DNA from: Candidatus Levybacteria bacterium RIFCSPHIGHO2_01_FULL_37_17
Lineage (GTDB): Bacteria > Patescibacteriota > Microgenomatia > Levybacterales > UBA12049
DNA: 64,000 bases
Direction of reading: 5' to 3'
Assembly: GCA_001782035.1 (NCBI GenBank)
Contig: MFNL01000002.1
Location: 60,865 to 124,864, forward strand
Part shown: positions 49,247 to 57,471 of the stretch, in pieces
Numbering within the stretch: the first letter of the stretch is position 1
Layout of the letters: every line of letters begins with the position of its first letter
Translations under genes and position numbers: made by a program
The notes under the pieces: model-generated
The model's database searches: none
Seen by the model: only the letters and a program-made list of their open reading frames with translations
What the model was told of the DNA's origin: nothing

Positions 49247-51223
49247 GTGTATAATGGTGACATGGAAAGTGCGGAAAGACAAAAAATTAATCAACAAGCG
49301 GAATTTGTAACAGATACTTTTGAAATTAAATTTCTTTCCCGGAGCGCAGATGGGCTAGAGATAGTAACGGACCAAAAACTTTTAAGACACGCACCAAATA
49401 CTCCTTTGCCTTTTGCCGAAAGGATTGCAAAAGAAAGAGCTAGGGAGAAAAAACAATTCAGAACAGGTACTGATTTTGCTCCAAAAGTGGGAATAAGAAA
49501 CCCAAGATTAGAAGGAAACCAACTTATTGTTGATGTAATGCCTGTAACCTTCCCTACTTTTAAGGCGATAAGTGAGGCAGATATATCAACAAACGAAAGA
49601 GAAATTGCTAATCCATCAGCCACTTCATTAATTTTAGTTACTACAGAACCAGACGGATCGCATAAATTTATACTTCAACACAGGAGCCCTAAAAACTTCT
49701 TCTACGGAGACATTCCAGGGGCAAGTGCTGCAGGATACCTTGATGCAAAATTACATACTACCGGAAATGATAAGGGGAAAATAGACGCTGTTACAACAGA
49801 TTCCATCAAAGCAAATGGGGCAAAAGAAATGAGAGAAGAAATTGGACTTTACCCAAGAGATATAGAAGATCTAAAAATTACGGGGCTTGCATCAGATAAG
49901 GTTAGGGTCCACGATGAATTCCTACTTTCTGCCAAAACTAAACTCAGTGCACGGGAGATTTTATTTAGATCAGGGTTAGGCGACACACATAGATTTGTCG
50001 AACAAGCACTTATAATTGATGCTGATAAGGAAACAGTAAATAAATTGTTGACCGAAGTTAAATGTCCATTGCCTCCTACGCATTTAGCTGCTTTTATTGC
50101 TGCCGAATACGCAATTATTCTCGAGGAAGAAGGGTTAGAAGTTGCTGAAGAATGGAAAAGGGAAATACAAGGAGGCGTAAAAAGAAATTATAGAGAAATA
50201 GATGAAATGGTCCAAAGATTCTACTTATATAATTTCCAGGTGGTAGATGATGTTCCAGAAGGGAAACCAGCTAGGAATACTCGTGGTTATGATCCGGCTT
50301 ATTTACCATCGCAACAAGGTCTTCCAGATATTGATTCAGAATTAGAGCGAGTGGGAATAAAAACAAAAGAGTTACAGAGAACAGTTGATGAAGTTATGGT
50401 TTTTGATGTCGATGGAGTCTTAACCATACCGGATGAAAGATTGTTCGATAGAGAAGTAATGGAGCACATTGCCCAAGTTTTAAAAAGAGGCGAGCCTGTA
50501 ATCCTTAATACGGGCAGGTCAATTTCCTGGCTCCAAGAAAAGATAGTAGCAAGGCTATACCACGCGCACAACCTTACAGATGTCACAGCCTTGCAAAACC
50601 TGTTTATGATTGCAGAAAAAGGTGGAGCTTGGATGGGTTTTAACGAACGGGGGCTTATGGATCCAGTACCGCATAGAGATGCAAGCGTATCGGTTCCCGA
50701 AAGTTTACAAAAAAAAGTAAGAGAAATTGTATCTGATGAATTTGCAAATACTATGTTTTTTGATGAAACCAAAGTATCGATGATTTCTGTTGAAATGAAC
50801 GAGGGAATTGATCTGAAAAATCCAGAACAAGAAGAAATGTTTAGAGAAGGTCAAAAAAGATTGGTGGAAAGATTAAAGCAGCTCTTAAAAAGTGAAGGGT
50901 TGGATACAGATTTAAAAATTGATCCAACAACAATCGCAACCGATATACAAAACAAGCATGTGGGCAAAGACTTTGCTATGCAAAGAGCTGTCGCTTGGTT
51001 AAAACAAAGACATATTTTTCCAAAAAAATATATTACGTTCGGCGATAGCGAGTCGGATTTTGCTATGGCCCAGCACTTGCATCAAGCAGGCTCAGATGTT
51101 GAGCATGTTCATGTAGGAAAATCTGCCATTCCAGAAGGAGTTTCTTTTCCTGTGGTTATAACAGAAGGAAAGTATAACAAGGGCACGAACGAGTACTTGA
51201 AAAGTAAGGAACCAATCAGTTAA
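49247..51223 (+). CDS. fusion protein: N-terminal NUDIX-like domain plus C-terminal HAD-IIB phosphatase-like domain
   Basis: Nudix-box-like GAKEMREEIGLYP preceded by ILVTTEPDGSHKFILQHR...YGDIPGASAAGYLD. HAD motif I MVFDVDGVLT and motif IV FGDSESD in the C-terminal half. Confidence 0.5.
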   Translation: MYNGDMESAERQKINQQAEFVTDTFEIKFLSRSADGLEIVTDQKLLRHAPNTPLPFAERIAKERAREKKQFRTGTDFAPKVGIRNPRLEGNQLIVDVMPVTFPTFKAISEADISTNEREIANPSATSLILVTTEPDGSHKFILQHRSPKNFFYGDIPGASAAGYLDAKLHTTGNDKGKIDAVTTDSIKANGAKEMREEIGLYPRDIEDLKITGLASDKVRVHDEFLLSAKTKLSAREILFRSGLGDTHRFVEQALIIDADKETVNKLLTEVKCPLPPTHLAAFIAAEYAIILEEEGLEVAEEWKREIQGGVKRNYREIDEMVQRFYLYNFQVVDDVPEGKPARNTRGYDPAYLPSQQGLPDIDSELERVGIKTKELQRTVDEVMVFDVDGVLTIPDERLFDREVMEHIAQVLKRGEPVILNTGRSISWLQEKIVARLYHAHNLTDVTALQNLFMIAEKGGAWMGFNERGLMDPVPHRDASVSVPESLQKKVREIVSDEFANTMFFDETKVSMISVEMNEGIDLKNPEQEEMFREGQKRLVERLKQLLKSEGLDTDLKIDPTTIATDIQNKHVGKDFAMQRAVAWLKQRHIFPKKYITFGDSESDFAMAQHLHQAGSDVEHVHVGKSAIPEGVSFPVVITEGKYNKGTNEYLKSKEPIS

Positions 51224-51770
51224 TTTGGGGCTCAAGCAGTGTCCAATTATGAGATACATAAGGCTCACTGCATAGGTTACGATTAAAACAGCATGGCCTT
51301 CTCTCTCCAGAATTGAGCTTAGAAAGGGCAACTTCTATATGTTTTTGGCGAGTTTCAGATGTTTTGACAGCTCGTATCCAACGAACCCAATCCCAACGTG
51401 CATTTGGAGTAATATCTTTCCATAAAGCCTCGGCTTTGGGTGAAGACAACAACGCTTTCTTTAAATCGTCTGGGACTTCCGGCTCAATCCATTCTTTAGT
51501 CGGTTCAAGCGTAACCTGTACTGTATCGCCAGCAGCTGCACTAGCATCATCAAGCAACTTTTTGTCAAGCCTAAACCAGTGGCTTGGTTGTTTTCCTACT
51601 CCATACTTTCCATCCGGCTCAAGCAAGGTTTTAAAAAGAACCCCGTTGATAGTTCCCGAAACCATGGTCATACCTCTTGAGGGAAGTTTCGCGCTTGCAT
51701 CCTCAGGAAGTCTTAAAATGGTCCATGTGTTGATCTTAAACAACTTAGCTTCAAAACTTATTGCGGACAT
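51216..51770 (-). CDS. DUF1905 plus YdeI/OmdA (bacteriocin-protection-like) two-domain protein
   Basis: N-terminus LPEDASAKLPSRGMTMVSGTINGVLFKTLLEPDG (DUF1905-like). C-terminus ARWDWVRWIRAVKTSETRQKHIEV (OmdA-like). The ATG lies 2 nt downstream of the tRNA-His CCA on the same strand. Confidence 0.55.
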   Translation of the reverse strand: MSAISFEAKLFKINTWTILRLPEDASAKLPSRGMTMVSGTINGVLFKTLLEPDGKYGVGKQPSHWFRLDKKLLDDASAAAGDTVQVTLEPTKEWIEPEVPDDLKKALLSSPKAEALWKDITPNARWDWVRWIRAVKTSETRQKHIEVALSKLNSGERRPCCFNRNLCSEPYVSHNWTLLEPQIN

Positions 51771-51772
51771 CG

Positions 51773-51847
51773 TGGGTGGATGACGGGTAACGCTCCCGCT
51801 GCCTCCTGGACCACAACCAGGCGTTCTGCTTTTGAACTACATCCACC
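51773..51847 (-). tRNA. tRNA-His (GTG) with encoded G-1 and CCA; non-canonical D- and T-loops
   Basis: rc reads G-GTGGATG TA GTTC AAAAGCA GAAC G CCTGG TTGTGGT CCAGG AGGCA GCGGG AGCGTTA CCCGT CATCCAC C CCA. The D-loop lacks GG and the T-loop lacks the TTC. Confidence 0.6.
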
Positions 51848-51873
51848 ATGCTTACACTGAGTAAATCGAAGTG

Positions 51874-51946
51874 CGACCCTGGAGGGAATCGAACCCCCAA
51901 CCTGGTGCTTAGAACGCACTCGCTCTATCCGTTGAGCTACAGGGCC
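51874..51946 (-). tRNA. tRNA-Arg (TCT)
   Basis: rc reads GGCCCTGTAGCTCAACGGATAGAGCGAGTGCGTTCTAAGCACCAGGTTGGGGGTTCGATTCCCTCCAGGGTCG. Confidence 0.8.
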
Positions 51947-52005
51947 ATGCTCATATTTTATCAAAAATACCCTCGAAACAAAAGACTCGCTAGTGTATAA
52001 TCGAG

Positions 52006-52860
52006 TTGAATTTATTGATGAAAAAAATATTTATTCAACAAATCGTTCCCGTTGCTCTCACAATTTTAACTTTCCTCGTACTTTCTACATGTCTTTATGG
52101 TTTGCTTCTTTTATTAAATTTATTGCCATTATCTGAAAAAATTCTACTAGATTTTAATAAACGGGACGTATTAATCGGAATAGCTATTTATTTAAAAACA
52201 GCGATTGACTTCGCAATATTTATAGGTAACTTAATGCACACAAACCCCGGATGGAAGAAGCGTATTGCAATAGAGCTGGGAACGGCTGTGGGTAATGCAT
52301 TTGGTACATTTGCAGTCCTTATTGTGTGGGTTTTATTTAAGGAAGTGCCAATCTTAATGATGCTTATGATATTTGTAGCATCGATTGTGTTATTAAGAAT
52401 GGCTCAAGAAAGTCTTGAGGAATTTCTAAAACAGAAAAAAAGTTTTATCGATATAAAAATGCCCGTTTATCTTCTTCAGTCTCAACTGAATTTCGTAAAT
52501 AAATTATTTCGTCCAATTCTTAAATTTGTAGTGCCGCATTTGAACTTAACGAGGGTTAAAAAACTGTCATTTGTTAATTTAGCAGTTTTTTCATTTACGA
52601 TACCTTTTATTTTGGGTTTGGACGATTTTGCTGGTTATGTTCCGTTATTCAATGTGATTAATCTATTTGGATTTGCCCTTGGAGTAATGCTTGGGCACAT
52701 GATTTTAAATATAGGATTATTTATCTGGCCAACTAAAACTGTACAAATAGTAAGGCACCCATTTGTACTAATAATAGGTGGATTGGCTTTTGTCGGTCTT
52801 GCTTTGTGGGGTTTTTACGAAGTCTTCAAGCTATTTACATTTAATATAATGAGCGGGTGA
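52006..52860 (+). CDS. hypothetical multi-pass membrane protein
   Basis: 284 aa with about 7 hydrophobic helices. Its 3' end overlaps the convergent tRNA-Gly(TCC) by about 8 nt. Confidence 0.4.
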   Translation: MNLLMKKIFIQQIVPVALTILTFLVLSTCLYGLLLLLNLLPLSEKILLDFNKRDVLIGIAIYLKTAIDFAIFIGNLMHTNPGWKKRIAIELGTAVGNAFGTFAVLIVWVLFKEVPILMMLMIFVASIVLLRMAQESLEEFLKQKKSFIDIKMPVYLLQSQLNFVNKLFRPILKFVVPHLNLTRVKKLSFVNLAVFSFTIPFILGLDDFAGYVPLFNVINLFGFALGVMLGHMILNIGLFIWPTKTVQIVRHPFVLIIGGLAFVGLALWGFYEVFKLFTFNIMSG

Positions 52861-52922
52861 AGGGAATCGAACCCTCGTATCAACTTTGGAAAAGTTGTGT
52901 TCTGCCATTGAACTACACCCGC
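52852..52922 (-). tRNA. tRNA-Gly (TCC)
   Basis: rc reads GCGGGTGTAGTTCAATGGCAGAACACAACTTTTCCAAAGTTGATACGAGGGTTCGATTCCCTTCACCCGCT. Confidence 0.85.
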
Positions 52923-53071
52923 CAAATGGGACAAACCTCGCGGTTTTCCCCAACGATTTCCATTTAAGGATAGCAAAATCGGAACTCTTAATCCAGCGAT
53001 TTTGCTTAATCGTAGATAAATTATTATACAAAACATTTGAAGTTTGCTCAAGAATTCGCTACGATATTTTT

Positions 53072-53377
53072 ATGTCACAAGGGATTAATCATTTTCACGG
53101 ACATAAAAAACCAGTTACTCCTTTTGATCATTTAATGTATGCTGTAGCTTTAATAGCACCACTTCTTACTGTTCCTCAATTCCTAGATGTGTGGATAAGA
53201 AAGGATGCATCGGGCCTTTCACTTTTTACATGGAGCGCCTATACAGTTATGTCTTTTCTTTGGCTCTTATATTGGAAAGAGCACCATAAAACGTGGATCC
53301 TTCTTGGGCATATTATTATTCTTTTACTTAATGCTGGGATTGTACTTGGAATCTTGATTTACGGTAAGTCGGGGTGA
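53072..53377 (+). CDS. SemiSWEET/PQ-loop-like small 3-TM membrane protein
   Basis: About 100 aa with three TM helices and a PQ motif in TM1 (TVPQFLDVW). The start is placed at the Met downstream of the overlapping tRNA. Confidence 0.4.
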   Translation: MSQGINHFHGHKKPVTPFDHLMYAVALIAPLLTVPQFLDVWIRKDASGLSLFTWSAYTVMSFLWLLYWKEHHKTWILLGHIIILLLNAGIVLGILIYGKSG

Positions 53378-53440
53378 GAGGAATTGGACCTCTTACTTCT
53401 CGGTCCCAAACCGAGCGTTCTACCGATGAACTACACCCCG
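53369..53440 (-). tRNA. tRNA-Pro (TGG)
   Basis: rc reads CGGGGTGTAGTTCATCGGTAGAACGCTCGGTTTGGGACCGAGAAGTAAGAGGTCCAATTCCTCTCACCCCGA. C1-G72 is typical of bacterial tRNA-Pro. The T-loop reads TCCAATT. Confidence 0.8.
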
Positions 53441-53442
53441 TG

Positions 53443-53513
53443 CTGCCGAGCTTGGATTCGAACCAAAATAAACGGATCCAAAGTCCGTTGTCCTACCATT
53501 AGACGACTCGGCA
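53443..53513 (-). tRNA. tRNA-Gln (TTG)
   Basis: rc reads TGCCGAGTCGTCTAATGGTAGGACAACGGACTTTGGATCCGTTTATTTTGGTTCGAATCCAAGCTCGGCAG. U1-A72 is typical of bacterial tRNA-Gln. Confidence 0.8.
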
Positions 53514-53627
53514 ATGCTTCAATTCTATCAATTTTTTGCTCAGTTGAAAAGCGAAGCACATTGCCGTAAAATTGTTTTACGTCATATTTTGTCCGCTTGC
53601 CTCGCTTTGCGGGACAAGAACTGACGA

Positions 53628-53712
53628 GCCGTGGTGGTGGAATGGCAGACACGAGGGCCTTAAGAGCCTTTGTCCCTAAACGGACGTGAGAGTTCGACTC
53701 TCTCCCGCGGCA
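53628..53712 (+). tRNA. tRNA-Leu (TAA), class II with a long variable arm
   Basis: GCCGTGGTGGTGGAATGGCAGACACGAGGGCCTTAAGAGCCTTTGTCCCTAAACGGACGTGAGAGTTCGACTCTCTCCCGCGGCA. Confidence 0.85.
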
Positions 53713-53715
53713 CAA

Positions 53716-54822
53716 TTAAAGCATGTCGGGATTAATTTTAATGATTTTATCATCTCCTGATTTCGAAACCCCTCTTCCATCCAAATTACTTGTAGTTATA
53801 TATAGAAAATTATCCGGCCCCAAAACTACATCTCTTAATCTTCCATATTCATTCTTAAAATACTCCGTTAATTGTTGCGTTGAAATATTATACTTGTAGA
53901 AAGCCTCTCCTTTTAGACCGCCAAAATATAATGAGCCATTGTGATATGCAAGACCGGCAGGTGCCCAAACATTTCTATCTGATTGCAATACGGGCCCCAC
54001 AGTTCCTGATCTAACGCTCTGGCCGACGCTTTCCGGCCAGCCGTAGTTTTTGCCTTCTTCTATTTTATTTATTTCGTCTTGGCAACAATTAGGCCAAATT
54101 CCAGAAGGACCATGCTCTGTTTCCCAAAGTTGTCCTGACTCATCCCAAGCAATTCCTTGTGGATTCCTGTGTCCGTATGAATAAATCGCAACTTTTCCAT
54201 CTCTTTCAACCCGCAATATTTTTCCAGCAAATGAATCCCTATCTTGTGCCAAAGAGGACTGCGTCGCATCACCGGTTGTAATATAAAGCAGGCCATCTGG
54301 CCCAAACTTAATTCTGCCTCCGTTGTGATAAATTCCGCCAGGAATTTCGTCAACTATGATTTTTTCTTCAGATAAAGAGCCATTCTTATAAGTTAATCTA
54401 ACCACTCGATTAAGAGTATTATTTCCGTTTCCGCTATATGTGTAGTAAAAATAAATAAAATTGTTTGAAGAAAAATTTGGGTCCAAGGCCATTCCCATAA
54501 GACCGCCTTCTCCGTATTCTTTTACATTTCCAAGCTTCGTAATCTCACTTTTTTCTTTTTTTCTTATCAGAGCAACTGTTCCATTTCTCTCGGTAATAAG
54601 CATTGAGTTATCAGGAAGAAAAGCAATTGACCAAGGAGTGTCTAATTGTTCCGCGATTACCGTTATATTCTTAGAAGGAGTTTCACTTTTAGGTTTTAAC
54701 GTGTTAAGACTTGGGAATACGGAGTCTTTATTAATAAATATGACAAAGAATGCTAATCCGACCAAAATCAAGATTATTAATAAAACTATTCTCATAACAA
54801 TAATATAACGTATTTTAAACAA
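53716..54822 (-). CDS. PQQ-dependent soluble sugar (glucose/sorbosone) dehydrogenase-like beta-propeller, membrane-anchored
   Basis: GSDH-family motifs (HNGGRIKFGPDGLLYITTGDATQSSLAQD...GKILRV, YSYGHRNPQGIAWD). Confidence 0.7.
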   Translation of the reverse strand: MFKIRYIIVMRIVLLIILILVGLAFFVIFINKDSVFPSLNTLKPKSETPSKNITVIAEQLDTPWSIAFLPDNSMLITERNGTVALIRKKEKSEITKLGNVKEYGEGGLMGMALDPNFSSNNFIYFYYTYSGNGNNTLNRVVRLTYKNGSLSEEKIIVDEIPGGIYHNGGRIKFGPDGLLYITTGDATQSSLAQDRDSFAGKILRVERDGKVAIYSYGHRNPQGIAWDESGQLWETEHGPSGIWPNCCQDEINKIEEGKNYGWPESVGQSVRSGTVGPVLQSDRNVWAPAGLAYHNGSLYFGGLKGEAFYKYNISTQQLTEYFKNEYGRLRDVVLGPDNFLYITTSNLDGRGVSKSGDDKIIKINPDML

Positions 54823-54847
54823 AATATCTTACAGAGCTATAAATTTT

Positions 54848-55816
54848 TTGTATAATATTCGAATTATGCGTGAAACTGTCCTAAAGTTTTTTAGCCTTCT
54901 TATTAGCAAATTTGCTTTCGCTTTTATAATCACCACTCTACTTACAGGAATAATTTTAATACCATTTGTTATTAAAAACACTTATAAAATAAACCAAGCA
55001 CCTAAGCCTCTGCTCGATATAGTCCCCACTAAAATTATTACCAAAACGCCTACCGCAACACCTAGCCCTACATTAAAACCTATTCCGTCCAATATCATTG
55101 CGCCAACGAGTCCTCCTGTTGTAATAAATAATGTAGCTCCAGGATCTGGCTACAACAGGCAAACTGTTGCAATATCAGAAGGAAATTTTATCGTGGATAT
55201 TATAGCTGCGGATTTAAATACAACCAGAGTAATCGTTGACACTGCATCTGATTCTGATTGCTTCGATAATTGCCCAGTACTTCCGCTTTCAGATTATGTA
55301 TCAAGGAGTGGAGGATTTGCGGGTATCAATGGTACGTATTTCTGTCCGGCTTCATATCCATCATGTGCCGGCAAAGTTAATTCGTTCGATTTATTGGTTA
55401 TGAATAAAAACAAATATTATTTTAATTCCTCCAATAATGTTTACAGCACAAACCCTGCAGTAATCTTTTATGGCAACTCTGTAAGGTTTGTCGGGCAAGC
55501 GCTTGAATGGGGAAGGGACACTGGTGTAGATGCTGTAATCTCAAACTTTCCATTATACGTAAGCGGCGGAAATGCTGTAGCACAAGGGGGAGTGAGGGGA
55601 TTTAAATCATTTATCGGAAATAAAGGGAGCACGGTTTATATTGGATTCGTACGAAATGCAACCGCAGGAGAAACTGCAAAGGTTTTGCAAGCCTTAGGTT
55701 TGGAAAATGCGATGGGCTTGGACCAAGGAGGTTCCACTGCTTTAATGTATAACAGCTCCTATATTCTTGGCCCTGGTCGCGGGATACCAAATGCTGTCCT
55801 ATTTGTGCGTAAATAG
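54848..55816 (+). CDS. phosphodiester glycosidase (NAGPA/DUF2233) family protein, N-terminal TM
   Basis: GGFAGINGTYF... and LDQGGSTALMYN motifs typical of DUF2233. Confidence 0.6.
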   Translation: MYNIRIMRETVLKFFSLLISKFAFAFIITTLLTGIILIPFVIKNTYKINQAPKPLLDIVPTKIITKTPTATPSPTLKPIPSNIIAPTSPPVVINNVAPGSGYNRQTVAISEGNFIVDIIAADLNTTRVIVDTASDSDCFDNCPVLPLSDYVSRSGGFAGINGTYFCPASYPSCAGKVNSFDLLVMNKNKYYFNSSNNVYSTNPAVIFYGNSVRFVGQALEWGRDTGVDAVISNFPLYVSGGNAVAQGGVRGFKSFIGNKGSTVYIGFVRNATAGETAKVLQALGLENAMGLDQGGSTALMYNSSYILGPGRGIPNAVLFVRK

Positions 55817-55900
55817 TGCCCAAGGGGAGATTCGAACTCCCAAGTCCTTGCGGACACAGCGTTCTGAACGCTGCGCGTCTGCCAGTTTCGCCACCTGGGC
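55817..55900 (-). tRNA. tRNA-Leu (CAG), class II
   Basis: rc reads GCCCAGGTGGCGAAACTGGCAGACGCGCAGCGTTCAGAACGCTGTGTCCGCAAGGACTTGGGAGTTCGAATCTCCCCTTGGGCA. Confidence 0.85.
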
Positions 55901-55905
55901 ATTTG

Positions 55906-55977
55906 TGGGCCCTGAGGGACTTGAACCCCCGACACCTGCGATGTAAACGCAGTGCTCTACCACTGAGCTAAGAGCCC
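55906..55977 (-). tRNA. tRNA-Val (TAC)
   Basis: rc reads GGGCTCTTAGCTCAGTGGTAGAGCACTGCGTTTACATCGCAGGTGTCGGGGGTTCAAGTCCCTCAGGGCCCA. Confidence 0.85.
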
Positions 55978-55980
55978 TGG

Positions 55981-56064
55981 TGCGGATGAGAGGACTCGAA
56001 CCTCCACGCTTTTTACGGCACAGCCACCTCAAGGCTGCGTGTATACCAGTTTCACCACATCCGC
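55981..56064 (-). tRNA. tRNA-Leu (GAG), class II
   Basis: rc reads GCGGATGTGGTGAAACTGGTATACACGCAGCCTTGAGGTGGCTGTGCCGTAAAAAGCGTGGAGGTTCGAGTCCTCTCATCCGCA. Confidence 0.8.
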
Positions 56065-56067
56065 GTG

Positions 56068-56140
56068 TGCTGAGGGCGTGAGTCGAACACGCATAGCCTG
56101 TTCTTCAGACAGGTGCCTTGACCACCTTGGCTACCTCAGC
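56068..56140 (-). tRNA. tRNA-Phe (GAA)
   Basis: rc reads GCTGAGGTAGCCAAGGTGGTCAAGGCACCTGTCTGAAGAACAGGCTATGCGTGTTCGACTCACGCCCTCAGCA. The D-stem is 3 bp with a long D-loop. Confidence 0.7.
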
Positions 56141-56165
56141 TTGGATTAATATTATACAAGAGCTC

Positions 56166-56193
56166 TTGACTCTTGACAAATTTAGTGTAGAAT
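56166..56193 (+). promoter_or_regulatory. promoter TTGACT-N16-TAGAAT driving a near-leaderless ORF at 56208
   Basis: Consensus hexamers; the ATG lies about 8 nt after the predicted TSS. Confidence 0.45.
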
Positions 56194-56207
56194 ATCATCC
56201 TTATATT

Positions 56208-56495
56208 ATGCCAGTATCGCAATTCGAGAGAGAAAGAACAACTAGAGTAAACTTTGATGAGCTTGCCGGCAAAGTCGGAGGGGAAGTTGTTAGAACAAAG
56301 AGCGGGGAGAAAACAAGCGAGAAATTACTCGTAGGTGATAAAAGAGGAGTCTTTAACTGGAGCTTAATAAGAGAGATTATCCCGCAAAGACTTTCTCGAG
56401 TGTTTTTTCAAGATGAATTCGGCAGAGCAGATGTTACCGACTTAAGTATTTCAGTTAATGGAAGTAGAATAGTATTCGAAGTTTCTGAAGCCTAA
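56208..56495 (+). CDS. hypothetical protein
   Basis: ORF trimmed to the first Met downstream of tRNA-Phe and the promoter. No family recognised. Confidence 0.4.
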   Translation: MPVSQFERERTTRVNFDELAGKVGGEVVRTKSGEKTSEKLLVGDKRGVFNWSLIREIIPQRLSRVFFQDEFGRADVTDLSISVNGSRIVFEVSEA

Positions 56496-56686
56496 CTTTT
56501 CTTCTTTGGTACTTTTGCCCCTGCTTTTCTAGCTTCAGATAGTCCAATTGCGATAGCCTGTTTTCTACTCTTAACCTTTCCACCCCTTCCACTCTTTAAC
56601 GCACCACGTTTATACTCGTGGATAGCTTTTTCAACTTTTTGCTGAGCTTTCTTACCATATCTAACCATATTTATACTCCTCACCAA
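56492..56686 (-). CDS. small basic hypothetical protein
   Basis: 64 aa, Lys/Arg-rich with the segment SRKQAIAIGLSEARKAG. Convergent with the 56208 gene. Confidence 0.4.
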   Translation of the reverse strand: MVRSINMVRYGKKAQQKVEKAIHEYKRGALKSGRGGKVKSRKQAIAIGLSEARKAGAKVPKKKS

Positions 56687-56714
56687 TAAAACGCGTAAAT
56701 GCCCTTGTTGTTAT

Positions 56715-56743
56715 CTTGAGCCTGGGGTACATTTTTGCTATAC
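56715..56743 (+). promoter_or_regulatory. promoter for tRNA-Gly(GCC): TTGAGC-N17-TATACT
   Basis: Hexamers at 56715-56720 and 56738-56743; the tRNA starts at 56755. Confidence 0.5.
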
Positions 56744-56754
56744 TCCAATAGTTC

Positions 56755-56826
56755 GCGGGAGTAGTTCATCGGTAGAATGTTTCCTTGCCAAGGAAAAGGC
56801 AGCGGGTTCGATTCCCGTCTCCCGCT
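56755..56826 (+). tRNA. tRNA-Gly (GCC)
   Basis: GCGGGAGTAGTTCATCGGTAGAATGTTTCCTTGCCAAGGAAAAGGCAGCGGGTTCGATTCCCGTCTCCCGCT. Confidence 0.85.
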
Positions 56827-56880
56827 CATAGCCCCAAATTTCTTGACAAAAACATCTGAATTTGTCATTCTAAGGGATAC

Positions 56881-57456
56881 ATGAGAAAGATACTTATTTC
56901 TGCCTGCTTCTTCTTTCTTACTCCGGCACTTTTAATAGTTTCCATTCTATTTTTCGGCTATCTCAGCTCATATTCAGAACGCTCTTTTCTATCATTCCAA
57001 AAATCGCCCAAAGTAGCATACGCTGCTGTTCCAAATTCAAATCAAGCCTACTTATTAGATAATGCAGAAAAAGATGCCCGGGTAGAAAGAATAAGAGATT
57101 TTCTGACAAAATACGACTCTGACCTTGCTCCATATGCAGAATTTATTGTTGAAACAGCAGATAAATATAGCCTGGACTGGAGACTGGTCCCTGTAATTGC
57201 GATGCAGGAATCAACTCTTTGTAAAAAGGCGCCCAAAGATTCTTTTAACTGCTGGGGATTTGGGATTTACGGCAAGAAAGTTACAAAATTCTCAAACTAT
57301 AAAGAAGCAATTGAAACTGTTACAAAGACCCTTGCCAAGAATTACATAGACCAAGGACTAGTTGAGCCTGACGAAATAATGAGTAAGTATACGCCTTCAA
57401 ACGACGGAACTTGGGCCAAAAACGTAGCAAGTCTTATGAATGGTCTACAAATCTAG
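56881..57456 (+). CDS. secreted glucosaminidase-like (GH73/FlgJ-like) peptidoglycan hydrolase, paralogue 1
   Basis: Signal peptide; LDWRLVPVIAMQEST...NCWGFGIYG resembles the GH73 catalytic region. Confidence 0.45.
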   Translation: MRKILISACFFFLTPALLIVSILFFGYLSSYSERSFLSFQKSPKVAYAAVPNSNQAYLLDNAEKDARVERIRDFLTKYDSDLAPYAEFIVETADKYSLDWRLVPVIAMQESTLCKKAPKDSFNCWGFGIYGKKVTKFSNYKEAIETVTKTLAKNYIDQGLVEPDEIMSKYTPSNDGTWAKNVASLMNGLQI

Positions 57457-57471
57457 CCCATAGTACACCCC

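Noticed and set aside
51758-51964. 68-aa minus-strand ORF
   Set aside because: It covers the tRNA-His and tRNA-Arg genes, so it is spurious.
53520-53627. Imperfect hairpin ttgtccgc...gcgggacaa between divergent tRNA-Gln and tRNA-Leu(TAA)
   Set aside because: It is short, with a bulge and no flanking T-tract. It more likely lies within the divergent promoter region than being a terminator or ncRNA.
53431-53715. 94-aa minus-strand ORF
   Set aside because: It spans tRNA-Gln and tRNA-Leu(TAA) sequence, so it is spurious.
56680-56868. 62-aa minus-strand ORF
   Set aside because: It is antisense to tRNA-Gly(GCC) and its promoter, so it is spurious.
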